A stretch of DNA of 63,253 bases, filler included, from Bradymonadales bacterium (GTDB taxonomy: Bacteria > Bdellovibrionota > UBA2394), in the NCBI GenBank assembly GCA_007693605.1. It is 7 parts of 7 records of this genome, joined end to end, with 100 filler letters (N's around TTAATTAATTAA, not from the genome) between each part and the next. Parts side by side here need not be neighbours in the genome. Positions count along the whole stretch, not along the records: positions 19,615 to 28,984 come from REDG01000011.1; positions 29,085 to 38,016 come from REDG01000023.1; 5 more parts are not named here. One strand, given 5' to 3'. This document shows positions 19,851 to 32,245 of the stretch, piece after piece. Both the position numbers and the translations under genes were made by a program. Below the pieces are notes generated by a model. The model had not been told where the DNA came from, searched no databases, and saw only the letters and a program-made list of their open reading frames with translations. The number at the start of each line of letters is the position of its first letter. Within the stretch, counting starts at the first letter, position 1.

Positions 19851-20909
19851 ATGTTCTCAAGGGCTTTAGTACGAAGGGCTGTTTATCAATTTACATTCTT
19901 CGGTCTTGTTTTGGCGGGAAGTCCGGTGCTCGATCCGGCCTTTGCCAATCGGCATGCCGACAGTTCGGATGAGGCCAAAAGGGCCAAGAGGGCCAAAAGA
20001 GACTTGCCGCAAGCAGAGATGCGTTTTCGAAATGCTTCCATTTTCACCGCCCCTTCGAAAGAAAGGGCGGAGGCAGCAAGAGAGGCCATGGAGAAGTTTG
20101 TAGAGATGGCAGAAAAAGCCGGCTACAAACTGCCAGGAGGCTCTTCGCTTGATCTGGTCGATCGAGCTTTTTTAACTCATGCCTACTATTTGAATTCTCA
20201 AGATAAACCACAAAAATTAGCAGATCAGCCAGAGGTCGCCGTCGGGGCCCGTGCTTCGGTCGAAGAAATGAACGGGATGCTCGAAAAAATGCTGACTTTC
20301 AATCTTACCCCTGCCGATATAAACGATATAGAGGACGAGGAGTTTAGAAAGATAATTGAGGAAGCGAGCAATAAAATGCAGAGCGAGCTTGACGAGTTGA
20401 AGGCAACATCAAATCGAATTGCCGATGACTGGATTGAAAAGATCGACGCGGGAAACCATGTCATTGTCCTGAGGCAAACTAAGAGAAACCCGAAGGCTCT
20501 TGAGACGCTACACTTCTCGGAACATGAGATTGCAGTAGTCTCAGAAGACAAAACTAGGTTGCTTCGGTTTCAGATCGTCCAAAGAGATCAGTTGGCTGAC
20601 AGATTAAAGAAGAACCCGCCTGCTGAAGGGGAGTCGGTTCGAGTGATTTTTCAAGATTCTGAAGATTTGCTCAAGTCACTTCCGGCTGTCTATCCGAACT
20701 TCTTCGCGACAAAGGCTCCCCGCCGAACGATCTTGGCAAAGGCTGACGACAAAACGATCTTACAGAGATTTCAAAGTCATGAAGCTCAAAGAGCGGGATG
20801 GAAGGCAGCTCTAGAAGCTTCCGAAGACTCCAGCCAAACGGGAGCTTATCTCCCAGCACAGAAGAAAATGGACATCGAAGAGATCTTTGGTCTGCAGGAG
20901 AAGTGCTGA
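19851..20909 (+). CDS. Hypothetical exported protein
   Basis: Start reassigned to ATG 19851 (SD GGAGGG); signal-peptide-like N-terminus ending PAFA; no family recognised. Confidence 0.7.
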   Translation: MFSRALVRRAVYQFTFFGLVLAGSPVLDPAFANRHADSSDEAKRAKRAKRDLPQAEMRFRNASIFTAPSKERAEAAREAMEKFVEMAEKAGYKLPGGSSLDLVDRAFLTHAYYLNSQDKPQKLADQPEVAVGARASVEEMNGMLEKMLTFNLTPADINDIEDEEFRKIIEEASNKMQSELDELKATSNRIADDWIEKIDAGNHVIVLRQTKRNPKALETLHFSEHEIAVVSEDKTRLLRFQIVQRDQLADRLKKNPPAEGESVRVIFQDSEDLLKSLPAVYPNFFATKAPRRTILAKADDKTILQRFQSHEAQRAGWKAALEASEDSSQTGAYLPAQKKMDIEEIFGLQEKC

Positions 20910-21003
20910 GAGAGACTCGAAGCTTCTCTCGCTTTAAGGCAGAATAAGGCATCCTGTCCGTATCTTCCGCCACAAACAATGCGAGGCCTCAAACTTTCTG
21001 AAA

Positions 21004-22638
<1,635 letters not shown>

Positions 22639-22643
22639 TCAGC

Positions 22644-23648
22644 CTATTGCGAAAGCAACCCAAGCAGTCTCACCTTTTCTTTGTCAATGGGTCGGCTCTT
22701 TCCGATCACCTGAGAAAACCCGATGTCTCGATAGTCTCCTCGCTGAATCACCGTCATTCGCCGATTCTTTCCCTTCTTCAACAAATCAATACTCAAAGCG
22801 CCAAAGCGAGAGGCCAGATTTCGATCTCGAGCGCTGGGACTTCCTCCGCGCTGCAAATGACCAAGAATCATCGTCTTCACATCTCTCTGAATCTTCTTCT
22901 CTAGTTGCTTTCCGATCTGAATCACCAGCCCGGGCTGCTCTCGCTCCGCCACGATCACAATGCTACCCGACTTGCCCCGCGAAATCCCCTGACGAATTCG
23001 GCTCAACAAATCTGAGAAACGATACGGCACTTCAGGCAAAACCAGAAACTCCGCTCCGGCCGCCAGGCCCACCTCAACTGCGAGATGCCCGGTGTTTTTT
23101 CCCATGACTTCAATCAGAAAGACTCGGCCGTGCGAATCTGCCGTATCTCGAATCTTGTCGATGCAATCCACCGCCGTCTCAACCGCCGTGTCGAAGCCAA
23201 TCGAAAAATCAGTGCCGAAAAGATCGTTATCAATCGTGCAGGGGATGCCAATCACGGGAATTCGAAATTCCTCAGAAAATATCTTCGCCCCGGTGAGAGT
23301 TCCGTCCCCCCCCAAACAAATCAACGCGTCGACCGCCCAGTCTTGCAGACAACGGTAGGCCTTCTCTCGACCCTTTTTCTTTCGGAAGTCTGCCGAGCGA
23401 GAAGAGCCCAAAATCGTTCCGCCCCGCTGAATAATATTCCCCACACTACGCATCGAGAGCGCCTGCAATTCCCCCGTCATCAAGCCCTCAAAACCCTTCT
23501 TAACCCCTAACACCGAGGCTCCTTCGGCAAAGGCGGAGCGCACCACCGACCGGATGCAGGCATTCATTCCGGGCGCATCGCCTCCGGAGCTCAGAATTGC
23601 AATTCTCTTTGACTTGAGTGCTTGTACCATAAACTGCCCAATCTCCAC
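22644..23648 (-). CDS. pfkA: ATP-dependent 6-phosphofructokinase
   Basis: SGGDAPGMN, GGTILGSSR, GGDGT, TIDND, EVMG, LGHLQRGG. Start may be ATG 23630. Confidence 0.96.
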   Translation of the reverse strand: MEIGQFMVQALKSKRIAILSSGGDAPGMNACIRSVVRSAFAEGASVLGVKKGFEGLMTGELQALSMRSVGNIIQRGGTILGSSRSADFRKKKGREKAYRCLQDWAVDALICLGGDGTLTGAKIFSEEFRIPVIGIPCTIDNDLFGTDFSIGFDTAVETAVDCIDKIRDTADSHGRVFLIEVMGKNTGHLAVEVGLAAGAEFLVLPEVPYRFSDLLSRIRQGISRGKSGSIVIVAEREQPGLVIQIGKQLEKKIQRDVKTMILGHLQRGGSPSARDRNLASRFGALSIDLLKKGKNRRMTVIQRGDYRDIGFSQVIGKSRPIDKEKVRLLGLLSQ

Positions 23649-23737
23649 ATTCGGGGCGGCGCATCAGGCCCCAAGGCCCGTTATAATATAGTTTAAGGGG
23701 AAGAATCACCGAGAGATCTCGAATATTTTAAGCGGCC

Positions 23738-24901
23738 ATGAAAAAGAAAGCCAAATCCAAAAATAAGCCTTCATCGGCTTCCAAAAGGCCTGCCCGCAGT
23801 CTCAAAGACTTGGCCTACCCCAAGCACTTGATCGAAAATGAAGTGATCGAGGAGCTTCGAAACACGGTCGACCGCCTTCAGATTCTAGACTCCCTGGGTA
23901 AAATGCTCACCTCTTGCCTCGACCTCTCTGAGATCCTTCAAACCGTCGTCGAAAAAGTGGGGCATCTTTTGGGCAGCAAACAGCTGGGCTTGGTCTTGAT
24001 GGGGCAGCGTTCAAAGCAGTTCTACTTCCAATACCCAAGACGAAAGACCGAGGACGATCCCCAGCGATATGATGTCGGTCGAGGCCTTGTCGGGCGCTGC
24101 CTTGAATCAGGAAAGGCAGAGCTGATCCACAATCCCTGCGAAGACCCGCAATTTGATCGGGAGGTAGACAGCTATATTGCCGAAGAGGCCTCAAGCATGC
24201 TTCTTCTTCCCATCATCTCGAAGGGTCGAGCCCTGGGAGTCTTGGTGGTTGTCACTTTGAAAGATCGAGAGCCCCTAGAAGAAAGCAGTCTCAAGCTCGC
24301 AGAGACCATGATCGACTATCTAGCCATTGCGGTCGAAAATTCCATTCACTATCAACGGGTTCAAGACCTCACCATCACCGACGACCTCACCCAGCTCTAC
24401 AACTCTCGCTACTTGCCTATTATCTTAGAACGAGAAATCGCAAGATCAAAGCGATATGGCGAAGAGCTCTCGATGGTCTTTCTTGATCTTGATAATTTTA
24501 AAAGCGTCAACGATCAATATGGTCATATTGCAGGCTCTCGCCTTCTCACAGAGTTTGGCGACTTTCTGTTTCAACATATTCGAAGCTCAGACATCGGAAT
24601 TCGCTACGGCGGGGATGAATTCGTATTGGTTCTTCCTCGCACGCCCAAGAAAGATGCCGTTTTGTTTGTCGAAAGGGCAATTCAAGATCTCCACAAGAAA
24701 GACTTTCTTACAGAGCACGGTCTTCAAATCAAACAAACCGCAAGCTTTGGAGTTTCCACATTCCCCGAAGACGGTGAAGGCGTCGACCAGATCATTGCGG
24801 CGGCTGATCGAGCCATGTATCAAGTGAAACGGGGGAGCAAAGACGGGGTCTATGCCACAAATCTGGCTGCCAACCACGATCAGAAGAAGAAGAGCCTCTA
24901 G
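23738..24901 (+). CDS. GAF-GGDEF diguanylate cyclase
   Basis: GAF region, DDLTQLYNSR, canonical GGDEF with RSSD I-site. Confidence 0.93.
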   Translation: MKKKAKSKNKPSSASKRPARSLKDLAYPKHLIENEVIEELRNTVDRLQILDSLGKMLTSCLDLSEILQTVVEKVGHLLGSKQLGLVLMGQRSKQFYFQYPRRKTEDDPQRYDVGRGLVGRCLESGKAELIHNPCEDPQFDREVDSYIAEEASSMLLLPIISKGRALGVLVVVTLKDREPLEESSLKLAETMIDYLAIAVENSIHYQRVQDLTITDDLTQLYNSRYLPIILEREIARSKRYGEELSMVFLDLDNFKSVNDQYGHIAGSRLLTEFGDFLFQHIRSSDIGIRYGGDEFVLVLPRTPKKDAVLFVERAIQDLHKKDFLTEHGLQIKQTASFGVSTFPEDGEGVDQIIAAADRAMYQVKRGSKDGVYATNLAANHDQKKKSL

Positions 24902-24915
24902 AGAAAGGGCGGGCT

Positions 24916-25845
24916 CTACAAACTCAAAATCTCAAAAATCAAATGCGCCCCCAGCAAAGCGGTCGTATAGCCAGGGTCTAGATCGGGAGCCACTTCCACA
25001 AGGTCTGCCCCTTGCAGATTGAGGCCGCGAAACTGTCTGACCAACTCAATCGCTTCTGCTGAACTAAAACCCCCAACGCTGGGCGTTCCCGTCCCTGGGG
25101 CAAAGGTCGGGTCGAGACAGTCAATATCAAAACTCAAATAGGCCTCTTGATCTTTCAGAGACTTTGCAAAGTCTGAAACTCTCTTTAAACCTTCAGCTCT
25201 CCAGTCCTCATAGGTCACATACTGAATGCCGTTCTGCAAACCCCACTGCAGCTCTTCGGCTGTGTTGACCGGCCCCTTAATCCCAATCGACAAAATTTTA
25301 CCAGGCTCTACCAAGCCCTCTTCAATCGCCCTGCGAACCGGTGCTGCATGCGTGTACTTCTCACCCCAAAGCTCATCGACGGTGTCAGTATGCGAATCAA
25401 AATGAATCAGGGCCAAAGGCTTTTGACTTCTCTTTCGTGCCACGCGAATATTGGCCAAAGCAATGCTGTGATCCCCGCCCACCGCAAAGCAGCGGGCTCC
25501 TTTCTCCGCCCAGCCTGCACAAAATGACTCCTGCAGTTCTAAAGTCTCTTGAATCGAGTAAGGCGAGACAGGACTGTCGCCGGCATCCACCAAAGAATAT
25601 CGCTCCAAGAGATCCTGCTTGAAACTCAAATGATAGGGCTTGATATAAGCCGACTGCTCGCGAATGGCTCGCGGTCCAAAACGGGCGCCCGATCGGTAAG
25701 TGGTGGTCTGATCAAAGGGCATTCCGTAGAGTGCCCAATCCACAGCGGTCGGATTTGGCTCGTAAGGAAAGCGAAAGAAGGTAGACATTCCCGCGTATCG
25801 AGGAAACTTTCTTGGATCAGGGCTTGGGGTTTTCCTAGCAGCCAT
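24916..25845 (-). CDS. speB: Agmatinase / ureohydrolase
   Basis: GARFGPRAIR, GGDHS, DSHTD, SFDIDCLDP.FAPGTGTP, DLVEVAP. Confidence 0.85.
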   Translation of the reverse strand: MAARKTPSPDPRKFPRYAGMSTFFRFPYEPNPTAVDWALYGMPFDQTTTYRSGARFGPRAIREQSAYIKPYHLSFKQDLLERYSLVDAGDSPVSPYSIQETLELQESFCAGWAEKGARCFAVGGDHSIALANIRVARKRSQKPLALIHFDSHTDTVDELWGEKYTHAAPVRRAIEEGLVEPGKILSIGIKGPVNTAEELQWGLQNGIQYVTYEDWRAEGLKRVSDFAKSLKDQEAYLSFDIDCLDPTFAPGTGTPSVGGFSSAEAIELVRQFRGLNLQGADLVEVAPDLDPGYTTALLGAHLIFEILSL

Positions 25846-25866
25846 CGGAATCTATGATGGCAGCCC

Positions 25867-26871
25867 TCAGCCTCCGCGTCCAGTTTCGACTGTCAGGTCC
25901 TGAGGCACGAGATGGCACGAAGCCTGCTGCCCCCCAACCTTCTCTTCTAAGACGGGGGGATCTCGCCGACAAATTCCCTCTGCCACCGGGCATCGTGGGT
26001 GAAAGCTACAGCCCTTCGGCAAATCGATGGGTGAGGGGATTTCTCCACTCAGAGGAATGCGTCTTCTCTCCCTCTCTTTTTTAGGGTCTGGAATTGGCAC
26101 AGCCGAGAGAAGCGCTTTTGTGTAGGGATGTTGAGGAGAGTGATAAAGGTTCTCGGTCTTCGCAACCTCGACGACTTTACCCAGGTACATCACGGCCACT
26201 CGATGACTCAAGGTCTTCACCACCGAGAGGTCGTGTGCAATAAAGAGATAGGCCAGATTCATCTTCTTCTGAAGGTCTTGCAACAAATTGATAATCTGCG
26301 CCTGAATCGAGACATCGAGTGCAGAGACCGGCTCATCAAGAACCACCAGCTTCGGAGACACGGCAAGCGCCCTAGCGATATTGATTCTCTGCCTCTGCCC
26401 CCCACTAAACTCGTGCGGATACCTCAATAAGAACTTTGGGTTTAAATTCATGAGTTCCATCAACTCTTGCACCCGATTCCATCGCTGCTTTTTATTCATA
26501 TTGGTCAAGGCCTTCAAGGGCTCCGCAATGATGTCGGCCACGGTCAACCGAGGGTTCAAAGAGCTAAACGGATTCTGAAACACCATTTGAAACTGTTTTC
26601 TCTCGGTCTTCAGTTTCGAGGGCGAGATCCCCGCCAGGGGTCGGCCTTCGATAAAAATCTCGCCCGCCGTGGGTTCAATCAACTGAACGATGGCGCGAGC
26701 GAGCGTCGACTTGCCGCAGCCACTCTCTCCCACCAGGCCTAGAGTTTCGCCGGGAAAGACCTCTAAGTCGACCCCATCCACGGCCCGCACGAGCCTCTTT
26801 TCCGACCGAAAGAGCCCCCCGCGGGAAACAGGAAAATGCACCTTGAGATCGCGAATCTGGAGCAGACTCAT
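25867..26871 (-). CDS. oppF: Oligopeptide ABC transporter ATPase
   Basis: [33 protein letters not shown]; start at ATG 26871 overlapping the oppD stop. Confidence 0.9.
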   Translation of the reverse strand: MSLLQIRDLKVHFPVSRGGLFRSEKRLVRAVDGVDLEVFPGETLGLVGESGCGKSTLARAIVQLIEPTAGEIFIEGRPLAGISPSKLKTERKQFQMVFQNPFSSLNPRLTVADIIAEPLKALTNMNKKQRWNRVQELMELMNLNPKFLLRYPHEFSGGQRQRINIARALAVSPKLVVLDEPVSALDVSIQAQIINLLQDLQKKMNLAYLFIAHDLSVVKTLSHRVAVMYLGKVVEVAKTENLYHSPQHPYTKALLSAVPIPDPKKERERRRIPLSGEIPSPIDLPKGCSFHPRCPVAEGICRRDPPVLEEKVGGQQASCHLVPQDLTVETGRGG

Positions 26872-27881
26872 GAGCCCCCTCCAGAGCGTTTCGACTCGGG
26901 CTCTTCGTCTTGCAAAGGATGATAACACTCAAACTCATGAGAGCTGTCATCACTCACCCGCTGCATCCGAGGTCGTTTCGCTCGGCACTCTTCTGTCACA
27001 CGACCACAGCGCATCGAAAAGGCACAGAAGTCACCCAGCCTCGTGAGGTCGGGTGGCGAGCCCATAATGGGCTGAAGACGATCTCCCACTCGAGACTCCA
27101 AACTGGGAATGGAATCCAATAAGCCTTGAGTATAGGGGTGTTGAGTTCGATAGAAGAGATCCTCTGTGCTTGCTCTCTCCACCAAGCGACCTCCATACAT
27201 CACCTGCACTCGATCACAGAGGCCCGCGACCACTCCGAGATCATGAGTAATCATAATAATGGCCGTGCCCTCTTTCTCGTTGATCTCTTTGAGAAGATCC
27301 AAAATCTGAGCCTGAATCGTGACATCGAGAGCCGTGGTGGGCTCGTCGGCAATCAAAATCTTTGGCTTCAGCAGAAGGCTCATGGCAATCATGATCCGCT
27401 GCTTCAAGCCCCCTGACAGTTGATGAGGATAAGACTTGAATCGAGTTTCTGGATCGGGCACCCCCAAGCGCTCTAGCATATCCAGAGAACGGCGCTTCGC
27501 TTCCGCCCGAGAGTAGTTCCCGTGAAACTCCATCACCTCCATGAGCTGAGTAGAAATTTTCAGATAGGGATTTAGCGAAGTGAAGGGGTCTTGAAAGATC
27601 ATCGAGATGTCTTTCCCCCGCATTTGTCGCCTCTTCCCTGGCGACCACTTAAGAATGTCCTGACCTTCTAGAAAGATCTCTCCTTGAGGAATGCGAGCGG
27701 GGGGGGTCGGCAAAAGCCCCATCAAAGCCAAACAGCTGACGGACTTACCTGATCCGCTCTCCCCCACAATCCCCAAGACTTCGCCCTTTTCGAGTTCGTA
27801 ACTCAAAGAATCCACCGGCCTGACGATGCCCTCGTCTGTATGGAACTCCACGCTCAGATTTCGAACCTCTAGAAGCCCCAT
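26868..27881 (-). CDS. oppD: Oligopeptide ABC transporter ATPase
   Basis: [29 protein letters not shown]. Confidence 0.9.
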   Translation of the reverse strand: MGLLEVRNLSVEFHTDEGIVRPVDSLSYELEKGEVLGIVGESGSGKSVSCLALMGLLPTPPARIPQGEIFLEGQDILKWSPGKRRQMRGKDISMIFQDPFTSLNPYLKISTQLMEVMEFHGNYSRAEAKRRSLDMLERLGVPDPETRFKSYPHQLSGGLKQRIMIAMSLLLKPKILIADEPTTALDVTIQAQILDLLKEINEKEGTAIIMITHDLGVVAGLCDRVQVMYGGRLVERASTEDLFYRTQHPYTQGLLDSIPSLESRVGDRLQPIMGSPPDLTRLGDFCAFSMRCGRVTEECRAKRPRMQRVSDDSSHEFECYHPLQDEEPESKRSGGGS

Positions 27882-27887
27882 AGAAGT

Positions 27888-28844
27888 CTATTGTTTTCCT
27901 TTCAATCGCGGATCGAGTGCGTCCCTTAAGCCATCGCCCAAGAAGTTGAGACTAAAAAGCGTGAGGGTCAGTGTGATCCCAGGAATCAAAACAATATAGG
28001 GGTAGAGTTGAACCACGCCTCGAGCCTCGGCCACCATCAAGCCCCAAGATGCCATTGGAGCTTGAACGCCCAGACCAATGAAGCTCAGAAAACTTTCCTC
28101 TAAAATCACTCTGGGTACGATCAAAGAAAAATACACGATGATCGGCCCGAGGGTGTTGGGAATCAAATGCCGGGTGATAATCTTCCAATGGCCCGTTCCC
28201 GAAGCAAGGGCCGCCTCCACAAACTCTGAGTTCTTCAAAGAAATAATCTGACCTCGCACAATACGAGCCGTCGTCAACCAAGATACGGCACCAATGGCCA
28301 CGAATAGTAAAACAAAGCTCCGACCCGCCAAAGCCATCAGAAGAATCACAAAAAACATATAGGGCAAACTGTAGAGGGTATCGACAAAGCGCATCATTAG
28401 ATTGTCTAAGCGCCCCCCAAGATAACCCGCGATTGCTCCGTAGAGTACGCCAATCACAAGACTCACGATTCCCGCCAGAAAGCCAATCGCCAGCGACACC
28501 CTGGCCCCAAAAAGGAGTCGTGCCAACATGTCTCGACCCAGGGTATCGGTGCCCAACCAATGTCGGGTGTTCCAATTCAGGCCCAAAATCGAGCGATAGT
28601 CTTCACGAACCAAAATGGTCATGGTTCTTCGCTCAAAGGCATCCATATCGAAAACGGCCGGAGGTTGTGACTCACGAAAATCATATTGAGCTTCATAGGA
28701 ATGAGGGCTGATCAAAGGGCCGAAGAGGGCCGCAAAGACCATGAAAACAAAAAAGCCCAAGCCGGCCATCGCCGCTTTGTTTTTGAAGAGCCGCTTGAGG
28801 GCATCTCTCCAAAGAGAACTGCCTCGCTCAATTCTCTCATCCAT
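27888..28844 (-). CDS. oppC: Oligopeptide ABC transporter permease
   Basis: SLWRDA..R, HWLGTDTLGRD, EFVEAA, ESFLSFIGLG, GDGLRDALDP. Confidence 0.92.
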   Translation of the reverse strand: MDERIERGSSLWRDALKRLFKNKAAMAGLGFFVFMVFAALFGPLISPHSYEAQYDFRESQPPAVFDMDAFERRTMTILVREDYRSILGLNWNTRHWLGTDTLGRDMLARLLFGARVSLAIGFLAGIVSLVIGVLYGAIAGYLGGRLDNLMMRFVDTLYSLPYMFFVILLMALAGRSFVLLFVAIGAVSWLTTARIVRGQIISLKNSEFVEAALASGTGHWKIITRHLIPNTLGPIIVYFSLIVPRVILEESFLSFIGLGVQAPMASWGLMVAEARGVVQLYPYIVLIPGITLTLTLFSLNFLGDGLRDALDPRLKGKQ

Positions 28845-28984
28845 ACTTCACCCTCGGATCTAAGAAGCCATAGAGAAGATCGACTTAGAAATTAAAGGCT
28901 ATCACAAAATCCGCAAACACAATAACGCATCCCAACGCCAATGTATAGTCTGGGTTGGTCGCCGACTCAATCAGCAGATTTCCC
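28837..28984 (-). CDS. oppB: 3' fragment of OppB-type permease (contig-truncated, one in-frame TAA)
   Basis: Manual translation ...SATNPDYTLALG...AFNF*VDLLYGFLDPRVKYG; absent from ORF track. Confidence 0.75.
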
Positions 28985-29084
28985 NNNNNNNNNNNNNNNN
29001 NNNNNNNNNNNNNNNNNNNNNNNNNNNNTTAATTAATTAANNNNNNNNNNNNNNNNNNNNNNNNNNNNNNNNNNNNNNNNNNNN
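28985..29084. other. Artificial contig linker
   Basis: N44-TTAATTAATTAA-N44. Confidence 0.99.
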
Positions 29085-29282
29085 AGTGTGGTTTAGATGC
29101 CACTCGAGAAGCGCAGCGACGCAGCCGCCGAAGCAGATGAGCCTTTGGCGCTTTCTGGGGACTGGCGATAAGGGTCCAGATGCGAGAAGGCAAGGAGAGA
29201 GCATCGCAGTGTGGTTTAGATGCCACTCGAGAAGCGCAGCGACGCAGCCGCCGAAGCAGATGGGCCTTTAGCGACAGTCCCC
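29085..29282 (-). repeat. Family A repeat, tandem, reverse orientation (full copy 29157-29282)
   Basis: GGGGACTGGCGATAAGGGTCCAGATGC...GCAGATGGGCCTTTAGCGACAGTCCCC. Confidence 0.95.
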
Positions 29283-29320
29283 CCCTTGTGCCCCAGCCCC
29301 AAGGCTGCTAAAAGCTTGTC

Positions 29321-30622
29321 GTGAGACGCCTACCCATCGAAATTCGATGCCCAATACATGGGGCCATTCGGGCTGATCGAGACGAGATCAGAATCATTGA
29401 TTCGCCCTACTTTCAGAGGCTTCGGGGCATTAAGCAAATGGGTTTTGCTGAACTCGCCTTTCCTGGGGCTACTCACAACCGCTATTCACACTCTCTAGGG
29501 GCCTTTCATATGGCGGGGCTGGCCTTCCGAAACCTCTTTGAAGACTTTGAGTGGAACTCCCCTGAAGAAATGAAGCGAATCTGGAGCGTTCTGCGCCTAT
29601 CTGCCCTGCTTCACGATGTCGGACATGGCCCCCTTTCGCATGCCATCGAGCAAGCCATGCCCTCTAAAGCATTGATCACCGAAGGTAGCGGTAAGGCTTC
29701 GCACGAAGACTACTCTCGCGCGATCCTCCTGCGCTCTTCACTCACTCCCTTAATTGAAGGCATTTTTGGCAAGGAAATGCCGCTTGCCATCGCGTCTGTG
29801 GTTCAAGGCCAAGACCTTTGCCCCGGCTTCTTCAGCGTTGGCCGCTCTCAGCAGAGTGTTTTGCCGGCCGTCTCATCTTTGATCTCGGGTGAGATCGATG
29901 TCGATCGAATGGACTATATGAAGAGAGACAGTCTTCATTGCGGAACCACCTACGGAAACTACGACCAAGACTGGATCTTTTCTAATTTGCTGCTTCATGA
30001 AAACCAAGACCAGCTTCATCTTGCCATAGACTCGCGCGCCCTCTACGCCATCGAAGATTTTCTTCTGTCTCGTTATCATATGTATCTGATGGTTTACCTT
30101 CATCACAAAGCAGTCGTTTACGATGAAATGCTCTATCAGTTCTTACAAACCGACGAAGAGCAAACTAAGGTCCCTCATGATATCAAAGCCTATCTGGAAG
30201 TAGACGACTATTGGCTTCAGACTCGACTTCGGGCCTCTAAAAACCCCTGGGCCCGCCGCATTGTCGAGCAGAAACCTTATCGCCTCTTACTAGAACTTCA
30301 TTCAGATGAAGCAGAAGAGAGCATTCGTTATGCCGACGATCTCGAAGACCGCCTAAAGAAGGAAAACATCCCCTACTTTCGATCGAGTTCGACGGGGCTC
30401 TTGAGTCGAACATTTGAAACCGGAAAACCCCTAACGAAAAGCTTCCCTCTCTATATTGTGTATCGCGACCCGCGTTTTGTTTCGGCCTCACGACCTCAAA
30501 ATCGAGCGGAAGCTTTGAGTGAGGCTTCTGACTTGTTTCAAGGCTATCACAAAAAGAGAATCATCGATCGCATCTACGCGGACGCGGAACCTCACAACTG
30601 GCGCGCCGAAAACAAGAATTGA
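29321..30622 (+). CDS. HD-domain phosphohydrolase (SAMHD1/YwfO-like)
   Basis: FQRLRGIKQ, HNRYSHSLG, LLHDVGHGPLSH, DVDRMDY..RD, MYLMVYLH. Confidence 0.92.
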   Translation: MRRLPIEIRCPIHGAIRADRDEIRIIDSPYFQRLRGIKQMGFAELAFPGATHNRYSHSLGAFHMAGLAFRNLFEDFEWNSPEEMKRIWSVLRLSALLHDVGHGPLSHAIEQAMPSKALITEGSGKASHEDYSRAILLRSSLTPLIEGIFGKEMPLAIASVVQGQDLCPGFFSVGRSQQSVLPAVSSLISGEIDVDRMDYMKRDSLHCGTTYGNYDQDWIFSNLLLHENQDQLHLAIDSRALYAIEDFLLSRYHMYLMVYLHHKAVVYDEMLYQFLQTDEEQTKVPHDIKAYLEVDDYWLQTRLRASKNPWARRIVEQKPYRLLLELHSDEAEESIRYADDLEDRLKKENIPYFRSSSTGLLSRTFETGKPLTKSFPLYIVYRDPRFVSASRPQNRAEALSEASDLFQGYHKKRIIDRIYADAEPHNWRAENKN

Positions 30623-31875
30623 GTTTCAATGGCTCTTTGGCTGAAGCCTGGGGTATGCACTCGCAGATAGCTCGCTCCTTCTTTGGCAAGGAATCCAGAA
30701 ATCACCGCCGACTCAAGGTCTCGGCTGGCGAAGTCTTGATGGCTGATAAGATTTAAAAAGGATTTTCTTGAGTGTCCGACAAAGAGGGGCATCTCTAGAC
30801 TCTGAAACTTGCGAATCGACTGAATCAACTCAACAGATTGCTCGGCAGACTTTCCGAACCCGATGCCAGGATCAAAAATCAAGCGCAGATTCTTAAACTG
30901 CTGCCTTAAGCTATCCCTCTTCTGAACCCCCCACTCCAAGACTTGATCCACTGCAGATCGGCTCGCATCCAGTTGCCGGCGACGATCTACCGGAATCCCA
31001 AGATGATGCATCAAAACGACTGGACAGTCCCTTTCAGCCGCCAATCTAAGGAGCTCTAGGTCCTCTCCCCCGCTGACATCATTGCAGAGATTGAATGGAA
31101 ACAGCTCATTGGCTCTCTTCCAAACTTCCGACTTTCTGGAGTCAAGACTCCACCTGAGCCACGGATACTGAGACTTGCTCTCTACCAAAGCCCCCAAAAT
31201 GCTCTCGAGTCGCGAGTACTCCTCTTCGTCGCTCAAGGCTTGAGCTCCAGGGCGAGTACTCTCAGCGCCCAGATCAATCACACCGGCCCCCTCTTGAACC
31301 AGAGTCTCCACTCGATCGATCACCTGATCTGGCCTTTCGAACTGGCCCCCGTCGGAAAAAGAATCGGGAGTGAGATTCACAACTCCGACCAGCTCACAAG
31401 GCAGAAGCTTTTTTGGAAGTCTCTGACAAGCCTTCATGGAGGGTCTCTGTTGAGCCGGCTCCCAGCCCAACTCCCTGAGGGGTTCCAAAACGAAGGCTCT
31501 CTCAGACCAGGCCGGATGCGGCAAGCAAAGGTCAGACTCTTGAATTTTCTCGTTGTCATAAAACAAGAGATCTAAGTCGACCACTCGTGGCGCCCACTTC
31601 TCTCGTCGAATCCTTCCCATCTCTGCTTCAACTTTTAGTAAAGCTTTCAAGAGATCTCTTGGCCCGAGCGAAGTCTGGGCGATCACCACTGCATTTAGAA
31701 AATCTAGCTTAGACCAGCTCTCGGGCGACGAATCAGGCACCACGGCCTTCGACTGAACCAGGCTTGAAAATCGAATCGGTGGCTCGATCACCGAACTAAA
31801 GATGAGTTTCCAGATCGCTTGGCGCAAATTCTCTAAGCGGTCTCCTAAGTTGGACCCGAGACCAATGCCGATCAA
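30592..31875 (-). CDS. folKP: Bifunctional HPPK-dihydropteroate synthase
   Basis: FolK: GLGSNLG, FLNAV, PRVVDLDLL, PHP..RAFV; FolP: NLTPDSFSDGG, GAESTRPG, DPGIGFGK, GHSRKSF, LRVH. Confidence 0.93.
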   Translation of the reverse strand: MIGIGLGSNLGDRLENLRQAIWKLIFSSVIEPPIRFSSLVQSKAVVPDSSPESWSKLDFLNAVVIAQTSLGPRDLLKALLKVEAEMGRIRREKWAPRVVDLDLLFYDNEKIQESDLCLPHPAWSERAFVLEPLRELGWEPAQQRPSMKACQRLPKKLLPCELVGVVNLTPDSFSDGGQFERPDQVIDRVETLVQEGAGVIDLGAESTRPGAQALSDEEEYSRLESILGALVESKSQYPWLRWSLDSRKSEVWKRANELFPFNLCNDVSGGEDLELLRLAAERDCPVVLMHHLGIPVDRRRQLDASRSAVDQVLEWGVQKRDSLRQQFKNLRLIFDPGIGFGKSAEQSVELIQSIRKFQSLEMPLFVGHSRKSFLNLISHQDFASRDLESAVISGFLAKEGASYLRVHTPGFSQRAIETQFLFSARQL

Positions 31876-32240
31876 GCTTCAAGCTCCGAAATTTCAAAAG
31901 AAGCTCCCCCCGTTTGAAACTCAATGGGTAAATGGAGCTTTCTCACTGACAGACAAATCTTCGATGTCGGCGGGAGAGAGGCTTTCAGGCGATGAAAGAC
32001 GCCCCACGCCAAATGCTCAATCAAATGGTAGGGCTTCTCTGCTACACAAGCGGCAATCTGCTTCGACATTTCATCATAACAGATGGTGTCGGAGATCTGG
32101 TCTGTTCGGCAGGCCTTTGGCTCTTTTTCAAAATGAAGCTCCACCTGAATTCGCAAATCTTGCGGCAGGCTCTGCTCCTCTCGACTGCAACCAAGACGGA
32201 CCTTCAAATCGAGTGCTTCCAATTTTAAAGTATATCTCAA
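31872..32240 (-). CDS. folB: Dihydroneopterin aldolase
   Basis: G...EE...Q, DTICY, LIEHLA, SVRK; overlaps folKP start. Confidence 0.9.
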   Translation of the reverse strand: MRYTLKLEALDLKVRLGCSREEQSLPQDLRIQVELHFEKEPKACRTDQISDTICYDEMSKQIAACVAEKPYHLIEHLAWGVFHRLKASLPPTSKICLSVRKLHLPIEFQTGGASFEISELEA

Positions 32241-32245
32241 CGCAT

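Noticed and set aside
28885..28887. In-frame TAA in oppB as recoding or pseudogenisation
   Set aside because: Within 100 bp of a contig end with other odd residues (NPDY for NRDY); base-call error is more likely; TAA is a normal stop elsewhere.
29029..29271. Short ORFs made of repeat sequence or crossing N linkers (also 4978-5214, 19198-19434, 37260-37491, 63042-63236)
   Set aside because: They translate non-coding repeats or linker stops.
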